Under the pieces are notes generated by a model. The model ran no database searches, was not told where the DNA came from, and worked only from the letters and a program-made list of their open reading frames with translations. The position numbers and the translations under genes are program-made. This document shows positions 40,872-49,269 of a stretch of 53,107 bases of DNA, one piece after another; within the stretch, counting starts at the first letter, position 1, and every line of letters starts with the position of its first letter. Location of the stretch: assembly GCA_035531915.1 (NCBI GenBank), contig DATKRX010000144.1, positions 1 to 53,107 on the forward strand, read 5' to 3'. Origin of the DNA: Gaiellaceae bacterium. Lineage in GTDB: Bacteria > Actinomycetota > Thermoleophilia > Gaiellales > Gaiellaceae.

Positions 40872-41399
40872 CTACCAGCCGAACGCGAAGCTTGCGAGGA
40901 TCGAGTCGGCGAGCTGTCTCTGCGACGCGGGCAGCCAGAGCTGGACGTATGCCCAGTCGCGGATCGCGCTCCCCTGATGGCGGATCACGACGAGCCCGCG
41001 GTCGAGGTAGGGGTTTCCGGGGACGCGGGCGACGAACTTCTCCGCCCACTTTCCGAGCGCTCGCTTGGAGGTCGTCCCGCGCGGGAGGTCGGCCGCGGGG
41101 TAGGGCCCGCAGCCGGTGTTTCGCAGCGTGCAGCTTCCCCGCTCGACGCAGCCGACACAGCCGCTGACGTTCACCTCGAGGCGACTGTTCGCATCGCCCG
41201 GCGCGGTCCAGAACTCGGTCGAATGATCGGACGGATAGGTGGCGTCCTTGTAGTGCCATCCGGCCGGCAGCTTGATCGTGAAGCCGCCCTCGTGCGAGGC
41301 TCGGGTGAGGAGCCCGCCGGCCCCCACGGCCTGCGCGGCGAACACGGCCGCGAGGAGGAGGAGCGCCGCGACCCGGACGATCGAGAGCGGTGTCCCCAT
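40872..41399 (-). CDS. Secreted hypothetical protein (175 aa, 4 Cys)
   Basis: ATG 41399 gives MGTPLSIVRVAALLLLAAVFAAQAVGA. Contains NVSGCVGCVERGSCTLRNTGCGPY. The track ORF upstream is an artefact. Confidence 0.65.
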   Translation of the reverse strand: MGTPLSIVRVAALLLLAAVFAAQAVGAGGLLTRASHEGGFTIKLPAGWHYKDATYPSDHSTEFWTAPGDANSRLEVNVSGCVGCVERGSCTLRNTGCGPYPAADLPRGTTSKRALGKWAEKFVARVPGNPYLDRGLVVIRHQGSAIRDWAYVQLWLPASQRQLADSILASFAFGW

Positions 41400-41589
41400 A
41401 GAGGCAGGACGATAACGCGCCCCGAACGCGAAGCGCGGGTCGGCCAACCGATCGTCCTCTCGCGCCCCGCCGAGGTTCGGCCCGGAGCCGCCGCTACCCC
41501 GAAACCCGGCTCGGTACTCGGTAAACGGTTTTTTGCAACGGAGGCCTGGAGTACCTCCACCTCTTGCAAACGGACGGAGGCAAAGAAAG

Positions 41590-41766
41590 TTGCTCTGGTT
41601 GCTTCTCTTGCTGCCCCTGGTCGCCGCGATCGGCGGCGGGCTCGTGGTCTCGAGGTTCCTGTTCCTCGTCCTGATCGCGGTCCTGATCGTCGCTGCGATC
41701 GGCGGCGTCGGCAGGCGGACGGTCGAGCAGGAAGCCTTCCGAGGTAGCCGTCGATCGGGCCGGTAG
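41590..41766 (+). CDS. 58-aa two-TM micro-protein
   Basis: GGAGG (41576-41580) lies 9 nt before TTG 41590. Product is MLWLLLLLPLVAAIGGGLVVSRFLFLVLIAVLIVAAIGGVGRR.... High GC3. The track start at TTG 41533 is an alternative. Confidence 0.5.
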   Translation: MLWLLLLLPLVAAIGGGLVVSRFLFLVLIAVLIVAAIGGVGRRTVEQEAFRGSRRSGR

Positions 41767-42013
41767 GCGGCCTCATTGACGGTTCCGGCGCTCGGCGGTG
41801 AAAGAGGGGGACCGCCGGGCGCTTCCTCTTCGGGCGCTCGGGTTTCGACGCAACGGGCGTCCGGATGCGAGCGCGCCGATCGTCCCGGCACGCGTCCGGG
41901 AAACGCTGAAGGCCGCCGGGACGTCCTGAGCCGAGACGGGCGGTGGGGCGAGCGTCTCTGGCCCGCGCTTTCGGGTGCGCCGGGCGCCCCGGCCCGTGCC
42001 GTAGCATCGGCCT

Positions 42014-43714
42014 GTGCTGCGACGGTTCCGGCTTCGGGGAACGTGGTCGGTTCTTCTCGGCTACTGCGTCGTCTCGTTCCTCGCCTTCGGGCTGAGACTC
42101 CTGATCGAGCCGGGCCACGTCTACGAGGGCGTCTACGACGACCCGCAGATCCCGATCTGGTCGTTCGCGTGGTGGCCGCACGCGATCCTCCACGGCCAGA
42201 ACCCGTTCGTCACCCACGCGATCTGGGCTCCTTCGGGCGTCGACCTCGCATGGGCGAACACGTTGCCGCCGCTCGCACTCCTGCTCGCGCCGCTCACGTG
42301 GCTCGCGGGGCCGTTTGTCTCCTACGACCTCGCGGTGGTGCTGCTGCCCGCGCTCTCGGCATGGACCGCGTTTCTGCTCTGCCGGCACCTGACCGGAAAG
42401 CTCTGGCCCTCGCTTGCCGGCGGGTACCTGTTCGGCTTCTCGAGCTACGTGCTCGGGCATCTCGCCGGGCAGCCGCAGCTGACGGCGGTGTTCCTGCTGC
42501 CACTCGCGGCGCTGCTCGCACTGCGCTTCGTCGAGGGCGAGCTCGGCGGGCGGCGGTTCGCGCTCCTCTACGGCCTCCTGCTCGGCGTTCAGCTCTACCT
42601 GGCGCTCGAGATTGCATTCAGCCTCACGCTCGCACTCGGCGCCGCCCTCGTGCTCGCCTACCTGTTTCTGCCGGAGCGGCGTACGCGGCTTCGCGCCTCG
42701 CTCCGCCCGCTCGCAGGCGCCTACTGCCTCGCCGGCTTGGTCGCCGCCCCGATGCTCTACTTCGCCCTCAGCAATCCGCGGGAGTCCGGTTTTACGCCAC
42801 CCGGCGCGTGGCTCGCCGACATCGCGAACCTCGTGATCCCGACGCACGTCGAGGCGCTCGGCGCCGGCTGGTCGGAGAGTGTGTCGGCGCACTTTCCCGG
42901 TAACAGCACAGAGCAGGGCGTCTACCTCGGGCTGCCGATCCTGATCATCCTCGTGCTCTTTGCGTGGGAGCGCCGGCGCAGCCCCGGAGGCCGGTTTCTG
43001 GTCGCCTTCATCGCTGTGGCCGCCTACGCCTCGCTCGGGCCGGAGCTGACCGTGTACGGGCACCGCCTGATCCCGCTCCCGACGCCCTTCGGCCACGACA
43101 CGGTTCCGGGCCTCGGGAAGCACCCGTTCCCGATCTTCGACAACACGCTCGCGGTCCGCCTGACCCTCTACACCTCGCTCGCCGTCGCGGTTGCGGTCGC
43201 GCTGTGGGCGGCAGCCCCGCGGCCGGGCGAGCGCCTTCGCGCCCTCGCCCTCGGCCTTGGCATCCTCTTCCTGCTCCCGAACCCGGGGGTCTGGACGACG
43301 CGCTACTCGATCCCACCCTTCTTCACCGACGCCCGCTACCGGCCCTGCCTGCCCCCGAACGCCAACGTGCTGCCCGAGCCGATCGGGAGCGGTGGTCAGG
43401 CGATGCTCTGGCAGGTGGCCGACGGCTTCCGATTCCGGATGGCGGGCGGCCGGATCCAGACCTCGCCGCCCTCCGGGTTCCTCCATCCCGACTCGCTCGC
43501 GCAGATCTCGGTCGGGTACCCCCCCGTCGGTAACCAGGCGGCCCTGCTCTCGAGCTACATCTCGCATTTCGGGGTCACCGACGCGATCGTCGACAAGCGC
43601 GACGCCCGCGTCTGGGCGCCGGCGCTCGACCAGATCGCGACGCCTCACGACCTCGGCGGAGTGCTGCTGTACCCGATCGGCGGCAGCCTCCCGCCGGGGT
43701 GCCCGGCGTCCTAG
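42014..43714 (+). CDS. Polytopic integral membrane protein with C-terminal extracytoplasmic domain (GT-C-like, unknown family)
   Basis: GTG start, 566 aa, about 11 TMs, high GC3. Conserved-looking N-terminal loop DDPQIPIWSFAWWPHAILHGQNPF. Confidence 0.7.
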   Translation: MLRRFRLRGTWSVLLGYCVVSFLAFGLRLLIEPGHVYEGVYDDPQIPIWSFAWWPHAILHGQNPFVTHAIWAPSGVDLAWANTLPPLALLLAPLTWLAGPFVSYDLAVVLLPALSAWTAFLLCRHLTGKLWPSLAGGYLFGFSSYVLGHLAGQPQLTAVFLLPLAALLALRFVEGELGGRRFALLYGLLLGVQLYLALEIAFSLTLALGAALVLAYLFLPERRTRLRASLRPLAGAYCLAGLVAAPMLYFALSNPRESGFTPPGAWLADIANLVIPTHVEALGAGWSESVSAHFPGNSTEQGVYLGLPILIILVLFAWERRRSPGGRFLVAFIAVAAYASLGPELTVYGHRLIPLPTPFGHDTVPGLGKHPFPIFDNTLAVRLTLYTSLAVAVAVALWAAAPRPGERLRALALGLGILFLLPNPGVWTTRYSIPPFFTDARYRPCLPPNANVLPEPIGSGGQAMLWQVADGFRFRMAGGRIQTSPPSGFLHPDSLAQISVGYPPVGNQAALLSSYISHFGVTDAIVDKRDARVWAPALDQIATPHDLGGVLLYPIGGSLPPGCPAS

Positions 43715-43760
43715 CGCGGCGATCGTCGCCCGCCCGGGGCGCCTCGATCTCGGTGGAGCT

Positions 43761-44549
43761 CTACGCCGGCTCTTGGGCGCGGCCCGTCGCGAGCTCGGCC
43801 GCGAGTGCCCGCCCGAGCAGCGCCACGTCCGAGTCGAGCGCGAGCAGCCCGAAGCCGGCCTTCGCCCACTCGCGCGCGATCGTCGCGCCGCCGCAGTAGA
43901 TGCCGGCGGTGAGGTGGGCGGCGAGACATGCCTCTGCGACCGCCGTGATCCGCGCCCGCTGGGCCGGGTCGGGCGCGGTGGGCGAGATCGTCTCGCCGTG
44001 TGCGAGCGCGAGATCGGTCGGCCCCACAAACAGCCCGTCGACCCCGGGTAGCGCCGCGATCTCGGCGAGGTTGCCGACGGCGGCGCGCGTCTCGATCATC
44101 GGGAAGCAGAGCGTGTCCGCGTTTGCCGCCTCCGTCGAGTAGCGCGGGATCCCGAGAGCCGCTCGCGTCGGCCCGAAGCTGCGCTCCCCGGCGGGCGGGT
44201 AGCGGCAGGCGCGCACCGCTTGGGCGACCTCTGCGGCCGAGTTCACGCCGGGCACGATCACGCCGCATGCGCCGGCGTCGAGGGCGCGCATGATCGCGGC
44301 GGGATCGTTCCACGCGACGCGGACGAGCGCCGGTGTCCCTGTGATCGCGGCGGCGCGCAACACGTCGGGCAGCCGTTCGTCCGAGATCAGCCCGTGCTGC
44401 ATATCGATCCCGAGCCAGTCGTATCCCGCGCGGCAGATCAACTCGGCGGCGTAGGGGTCACCGAGCATCGCCCAGCCGCCGAGCGTGACCCGGCGCTCGG
44501 CCCAGGCCGAGCGCCGGAGCTCGCTCGCGAATCCCGGAGCGCCGCTCAT
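43761..44549 (-). CDS. HpcH/HpaI-family aldolase
   Basis: GYDWLGIDMQHG, ALVRVAWNDPAAIMRALDAGACGVIVPGV, MIETRAAVGNLAEIAALPGVDGLFVGPTDLA. Confidence 0.85.
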   Translation of the reverse strand: MSGAPGFASELRRSAWAERRVTLGGWAMLGDPYAAELICRAGYDWLGIDMQHGLISDERLPDVLRAAAITGTPALVRVAWNDPAAIMRALDAGACGVIVPGVNSAAEVAQAVRACRYPPAGERSFGPTRAALGIPRYSTEAANADTLCFPMIETRAAVGNLAEIAALPGVDGLFVGPTDLALAHGETISPTAPDPAQRARITAVAEACLAAHLTAGIYCGGATIAREWAKAGFGLLALDSDVALLGRALAAELATGRAQEPA

Positions 44550-44649
44550 ACCCGCGTGAGCCTACGGGCTCGCGGCATCGAGCGTCCTCGCCCCAAACCG
44601 GAGCACGCTCCGGAACCCCGCCCGAGCCCCGCTTTCGGGCCGAGCTCGC

Positions 44650-45696
44650 TCATTCGTAGAAGGCTGCGACCGCGAGGATCACGTAGAGAGCGATCAGGGC
44701 GACGCCCTCGAAGCCCGACGCCTCGCCGTCGCTCGTGATCTGCCAGAGGGCGAGCCCGGACAGGAGCAGCGCGCCGATGTAGATCGGGGCGAGCGCGAAG
44801 GTGAGCGGGGTCGCGAACAGGAACGACACCAGCACGAGCGCGGGGAACAGGAACGCCGTGATCTGGGCGACCGAGTTCTTGACCACCGAGATCGCGAGGT
44901 CGGACTGGCCCTTGAGCGCCAGCACGACGCCGGCGGTGTTCTCGGCGGCGTTGCCGGCGATCGCCACGATCACGAGCCCCGCGAACGCCGTCGGGATCCC
45001 GAGGCGGGCCATCGACGGCGAGAGCGCGGTCACGAACCAGTCGGAGTCGAACGCCGCGCCGAGGCCCGCCACGGTGAGCAGGGCGAGCGAGCTCGCCATC
45101 GAGATCGGCGGCTCGCCGTGGGAGGGGCTCGTGGGCCCGTCGGAGCGCAGGTAGTCGACGATCCAGACCACGTAGGTCACAAGCAGCGCGATCGCGCCGA
45201 CGATCGAGATCGCCTTGACGTGGTGGGAGGCCTTGTCGCCGGTCGCGATCGAGATCCCGAGCAGGACGATCAGGAAGCTCGCGAGCATCATCAGGATCGC
45301 GTTGTCCTTCGCGAGGCGCGGCGCGAAGCGCATGATCCCGTCCGGGCTCGCCCGGCACCCGGCGAGGATCGTCAGCCCGAGCACGAGCAGGGCGTTCGCG
45401 AAGACCGAGCCGATCAGCGAGGTCTGCGCGACGATGATCTGCCCCTGGGAGAGCGCGAAGATGACGATGAAGAACTCGGGCAGGTTCCCGAGCGTCGACT
45501 GGAGCACTCCGGTCGCGGCCGGCCCGAACCGCACCCCGACCTGCTCGGTCGAGAGCGACACGATCCACGCGAGCCCGGCGAGCGCAACGGTCGCGACCCC
45601 GAAGGTGAGGAGCGCGGTCGCGCGGCCGTAGTGTGCGACGCCGGCGCCGGCCGTGGCGCAGCCGACCGCGACGACGAATGCCCACCTCCTAGACAC
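44650..45696 (-). CDS. Ca2+/cation:proton antiporter (CaCA/CAX family)
   Basis: Alpha-repeat motifs LGNLPEFFIVIFAL and AIAGNAAENTAGVVLA. About 11 TMs. Confidence 0.88.
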   Translation of the reverse strand: MSRRWAFVVAVGCATAGAGVAHYGRATALLTFGVATVALAGLAWIVSLSTEQVGVRFGPAATGVLQSTLGNLPEFFIVIFALSQGQIIVAQTSLIGSVFANALLVLGLTILAGCRASPDGIMRFAPRLAKDNAILMMLASFLIVLLGISIATGDKASHHVKAISIVGAIALLVTYVVWIVDYLRSDGPTSPSHGEPPISMASSLALLTVAGLGAAFDSDWFVTALSPSMARLGIPTAFAGLVIVAIAGNAAENTAGVVLALKGQSDLAISVVKNSVAQITAFLFPALVLVSFLFATPLTFALAPIYIGALLLSGLALWQITSDGEASGFEGVALIALYVILAVAAFYE

Positions 45697-45733
45697 GGCG
45701 GCAACCTACCGGGGAGTTGGCTCCGGAGTGGTG

Positions 45734-46921
45734 CTAGGCGAATGCCGCGATGCCGGTGATCGCCTCGCCGAGGATCAGCGTGTGCATCTCGTGGGTGCCC
45801 TCGTAGGTGAGGACGGACTCGAGGTTGTTCGCGTGGCGCATGACGGGGTATTCGAGCGTGATCCCGTTGGCTCCGAGCACGGTGCGCGCGGTTCGTGCGA
45901 CCTCGAGCGCGGTGGCGACGTTCGCGTACTTGCCGAACGAGACGTGCTCGGGCGTGAGCTCGCCGCGGTCCTTCATGCGGCCGAGATGGAGGGCGAGCAG
46001 GATGCTCTGGTTGACCTTGACCGCCATCTCGACGAGCTTCGCCTGGGTGAGCTGGAAGGCGGCGATCGGCCGGTCGAACTGCTCGCGGCTCTTCGCGTAG
46101 TCGAGCGCCGCCTCGTAGCAGGCGCGCGCCGCGCCGGCCGAGCCCCACACGATCCCGTACCGCGCCTCGTTGAGGCAGGAGAGCGGGCCGCGCAAGCTGG
46201 TCGCGAGCGGCAGCCGCGCCTCCTCGCCGACGCGCACGCCGTCGAGCACGAGCTCGCTCGTGATACTGGCGCGCAGCGAGAGCTTGTGGTGCATCTCGGG
46301 GGCGCTGAAGCCGGGGGTGCCCGCCTCGACGAGGAAGCCGTTCACCTTGCCCTCGTCGGTTCGCGCCCAGACGACGGCGACGTCGGCGACCGTCCCGTTG
46401 GTGATCCACATCTTGCTCCCGTCGAGGACCCAGCCCGCACCGTCCCGGCGGGCGCGGGTGCGCATCCCGGCCGGGTTCGAGCCCACGTCGGGCTCGCTGA
46501 GGCCGAAGCAGCCGAGCTGCTCGCCGGTCGCCATCTCGGGGAGCCAGCGCTCCTTCTGCTCCTCGCTGCCCCAGTGGTGGATCGCGAACATCGAGAGCGA
46601 GCCCTGGACGGAGCAGAATGAGCGCAGGCCGGAGTCGCCCGCCTCGAGCTCGAGGCAGGCGAGGCCGTAGGCGGTGGCAGTCGAGCCGGTGCAGCCGTAC
46701 CCCTCGAGGTGCATCCCGAGCAGGCCGAGCTCCCCGAGCTCGCGCGCGATGCCCGAGTCGAACGTGCCGGCTTCGTAGTGTTCGGCGACTGTCGGCAGGA
46801 ACCGGGTGCGCACGTACTCGCGCACGGTGTCGCGGATCATCCGCTCCTCGCCGTCGAGCAGCGACTCGATCGCGAGCGGGTCCAGCGGGTCGAGCTTGGC
46901 GCGTGAGGCCGTCTGGCTCAT
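45734..46921 (-). CDS. gcdH: Glutaryl-CoA dehydrogenase (acyl-CoA dehydrogenase family)
   Basis: ATG 46921 (MSQTASRAKLDPLDPL...). GCFGLSEPDVGSNPAGM, KMWITNG, QFDRPIAAFQLTQ, YEGTHEMHTLILG. The track ORF upstream is an artefact. Confidence 0.88.
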   Translation of the reverse strand: MSQTASRAKLDPLDPLAIESLLDGEERMIRDTVREYVRTRFLPTVAEHYEAGTFDSGIARELGELGLLGMHLEGYGCTGSTATAYGLACLELEAGDSGLRSFCSVQGSLSMFAIHHWGSEEQKERWLPEMATGEQLGCFGLSEPDVGSNPAGMRTRARRDGAGWVLDGSKMWITNGTVADVAVVWARTDEGKVNGFLVEAGTPGFSAPEMHHKLSLRASITSELVLDGVRVGEEARLPLATSLRGPLSCLNEARYGIVWGSAGAARACYEAALDYAKSREQFDRPIAAFQLTQAKLVEMAVKVNQSILLALHLGRMKDRGELTPEHVSFGKYANVATALEVARTARTVLGANGITLEYPVMRHANNLESVLTYEGTHEMHTLILGEAITGIAAFA

Positions 46922-46940
46922 CCGCGTATACTTTATCCTA
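46922..46940. promoter_or_regulatory. 19-nt divergent intergenic region with overlapping face-to-face -10-like boxes and a GTATAC palindrome (GntR-type half-site pattern)
   Basis: The spacer is CCGCGTATACTTTATCCTA. TATACT (46927-46932) lies 8 nt before ATG 46941. TAAAGT on the minus strand (46930-46935) lies 8 nt before ATG 46921. GTATAC is at 46926-46931. Confidence 0.45.
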
Positions 46941-48056
46941 ATGGCCGGGGGCGCGCTCGAGGGACTGTTCGTGGTCGACCTCTCGCGCGTGCTCGCGGGG
47001 CCGCTCGTCGCGATGACCCTCGGCGACCTCGGAGCCGAGGTGATCAAGGTCGAGTCGCCCTCCGGCGACGACACGCGTAGCTGGGGGCCGCCCTTCGATT
47101 CGCAGGGTCGCGCGACCTACCACCACGCGGCCAACCGCAACAAGCGCTCGGTCGCGCTCGACCTCGACGTCCCGATCGACAACGAGCTCGCGCGGCGGCT
47201 GTGTGGTCGCGCCGACGTCGTGATCTCCAACTTCCGCCCGGGGACGCTCGAGCGCTTCGGCCTCGGCTACGAGACCGTCTCCGAGCAGAACCCGGGTGTC
47301 GTCTACTGCGAGATCAGCGGTTTCGGCGAGGCCGCGGGCCGCGGGCTCCCGGGCTACGACCCGCTCGTGCAGGCGCTCGGCGGCCTGATGAGCGTGACCG
47401 GCCCGCCCGGCTCGCCGTCGAAGACGGGCGTCGCGCTCGTCGACGTGATCGCCGGGCTGTACGGCGCGACTGCGGTGCTCGCCGCCCTGCACGAGCGTTC
47501 CTCGAGCGGGCGGGGCCAGCGCGTGAGCGCGAACCTGCTCCATGTCACGCTCGCCTCGCTCGTGAACCAGGCGACGGGGTGGCTCGGCGCCGGCTCGGAG
47601 CCGACCGCCCTCGGCAACGTGCACCCGAGCATCGAGCCCTTCGCGACCTTCCGTGCCGCCGACGGCGAGCTGATGATCTGCGCCGGCAACGACCGTCAGT
47701 TCGAGGCGCTCGCCTCGGCGCTCGGACTCGCCGCCGACGACCGATTCCGAACCAACGCGAGCCGCCTGCGCCACCGGGAGGACCTTCGTGTCCTGCTCGA
47801 AGAGCGGCTCGCGGCGCGGTCCAGTCGGGACTGGTACACCGCGCTGTCGGCGGCGGGCGTGCCGGCGGGGCCGGTGCAGTCGATTCCCGAGGCGTTCTCG
47901 TTCGCGGAGGCGCTCGGGCTCGAGGTGGTCGACGAGACCGGCGGCGTCCGCACGGTCGCCTTCCCGGTGTCGCTCTCGCGCACGCCTGCGCAGGTGAGCC
48001 GCCGCCCGCCGGGGCTCGACGAGCACGGCGCCGAGATCCGGGGCGCGTTCGCATGA
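46941..48056 (+). CDS. Family III CoA-transferase (CaiB/BaiF)
   Basis: LEGLFVVDLSRVLAGPLVAMTLGDLGAEVIKVESP..GDDTR.WGPPF. RPGTLERFGLGYE. GYDPLVQALGGLMSVTG. Confidence 0.9.
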   Translation: MAGGALEGLFVVDLSRVLAGPLVAMTLGDLGAEVIKVESPSGDDTRSWGPPFDSQGRATYHHAANRNKRSVALDLDVPIDNELARRLCGRADVVISNFRPGTLERFGLGYETVSEQNPGVVYCEISGFGEAAGRGLPGYDPLVQALGGLMSVTGPPGSPSKTGVALVDVIAGLYGATAVLAALHERSSSGRGQRVSANLLHVTLASLVNQATGWLGAGSEPTALGNVHPSIEPFATFRAADGELMICAGNDRQFEALASALGLAADDRFRTNASRLRHREDLRVLLEERLAARSSRDWYTALSAAGVPAGPVQSIPEAFSFAEALGLEVVDETGGVRTVAFPVSLSRTPAQVSRRPPGLDEHGAEIRGAFA

Positions 48057-48703
48057 GTGTCTTCCTGCGGCCGCCCTCGGCTCAAGAGGCGGTGCTGTCC
48101 GAGCTCCGGCGGCGAATCGCGGCCGGCGAGCTGCGACCCGGCGCCAAGCTCGTCGCCGACCAGATCGGGCTCGAGCTCGGCGTCTCGCGCGTGCCGGTTC
48201 GCGAGGCGCTCAAAGTGCTCGAGGGTGAGGGGCAGGTCGTCACCGAGCCGCACCGCGGGTACTTCATGGCCGAGCTCTCGCTCGACGACCTGCGCGAGAT
48301 CTACCGCATGCGCGAGCTGCTCGAGGCCGAGGCGCTGCGCAGCGCGGTGGAGCGGATCGACGCGGAGGGCCTCGCTGAGGTGGAGGCAATCCTGGGCGAG
48401 ACGGATGCCGCGAGCGAGCGCGGTGAGCTCGCCGAGTACGCAGCCGCGAACCGCCGCTTCCACTTCGCGGTCTACTCGGCCTCCGGCCGGGCGCCGCTCG
48501 TCCGGACGATCGGCCAGCTGTGGGACGCGAGCGAGGCCTACCGGGCGCTGTTCGCGAACCGCGAGGCACACCGGGCCGCCGCTGCGCGCGACCACCGGGC
48601 GATCCTGCGGGCCCTCCGCTCCCGGGACGCCGGGGAGAGCATCCGCGCTCATGACGCCCACCGCGAACGGGCCTGCGTCGCGCTCGAGCGGCTACTCACC
48701 TAG
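48053..48703 (+). CDS. GntR-family transcriptional regulator (FadR/FCD subfamily)
   Basis: ATGA overlap with the CoA-transferase. wHTH LVADQIGLELGVSRVPVREALKVLEGEGQV, then an all-helical FCD-like C-domain (FHFAVY, HRAILRAL). Confidence 0.88.
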   Translation: MSVFLRPPSAQEAVLSELRRRIAAGELRPGAKLVADQIGLELGVSRVPVREALKVLEGEGQVVTEPHRGYFMAELSLDDLREIYRMRELLEAEALRSAVERIDAEGLAEVEAILGETDAASERGELAEYAAANRRFHFAVYSASGRAPLVRTIGQLWDASEAYRALFANREAHRAAAARDHRAILRALRSRDAGESIRAHDAHRERACVALERLLT

Positions 48704-48731
48704 CGGCGGCTTGCCGGCTCGCGGCCCGGGC

Positions 48732-49238
48732 TTAGGAGCCGTGCTTGCCCGTGAAGCTCACGAAGCCGCGCGTCTGGCACTTGATCTCGCCGCTCGAGGC
48801 GGTGTTGTCGTCGGACTGCATCGCTGCCTTGCCCGTCACGACGCCGGCCGGCGTGATCGTCGCGGTGATCTGCAGCGACTCCGGGTAGCCGTTGATCCGA
48901 TCCTTGAACGACCCGGAGTAGCTGAACACGCGGCCCGCTCCGTGCGTTTTCAGCGCGACCGTCGTCTGCGGTTGCCAGTTGAAGGGCGGCCCCGGGAACT
49001 GGACCTGCTTGGAGGGAGGCCGCGTGCACGCGAGCAGGTCGGTCGTGATCCCGATCTTGTCGATCGAGCTCCCGTGCAGCGTGAACCCACCGGCGAACTC
49101 GTTGTGCCCGGCCGCGTGGGAGAAGAAGTAGTTGCCGGTGGGGACGGCGCTCGCGTGCGCGCCGGTCAGCTGCCTCGCGCCCTGCGCGGCTGCAGCAGCC
49201 ATCCCGGCGACCAACGTCAGTGCGAGCGCGATCCGCAT
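48732..49238 (-). CDS. Secreted hypothetical protein (168 aa)
   Basis: Signal MRIALALTLVAGMAAAAAQGA. High GC3, beta-rich. Confidence 0.65.
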   Translation of the reverse strand: MRIALALTLVAGMAAAAAQGARQLTGAHASAVPTGNYFFSHAAGHNEFAGGFTLHGSSIDKIGITTDLLACTRPPSKQVQFPGPPFNWQPQTTVALKTHGAGRVFSYSGSFKDRINGYPESLQITATITPAGVVTGKAAMQSDDNTASSGEIKCQTRGFVSFTGKHGS

Positions 49239-49269
49239 CTGGACGCGAACTCTAGTCGACGCTTCTCGG

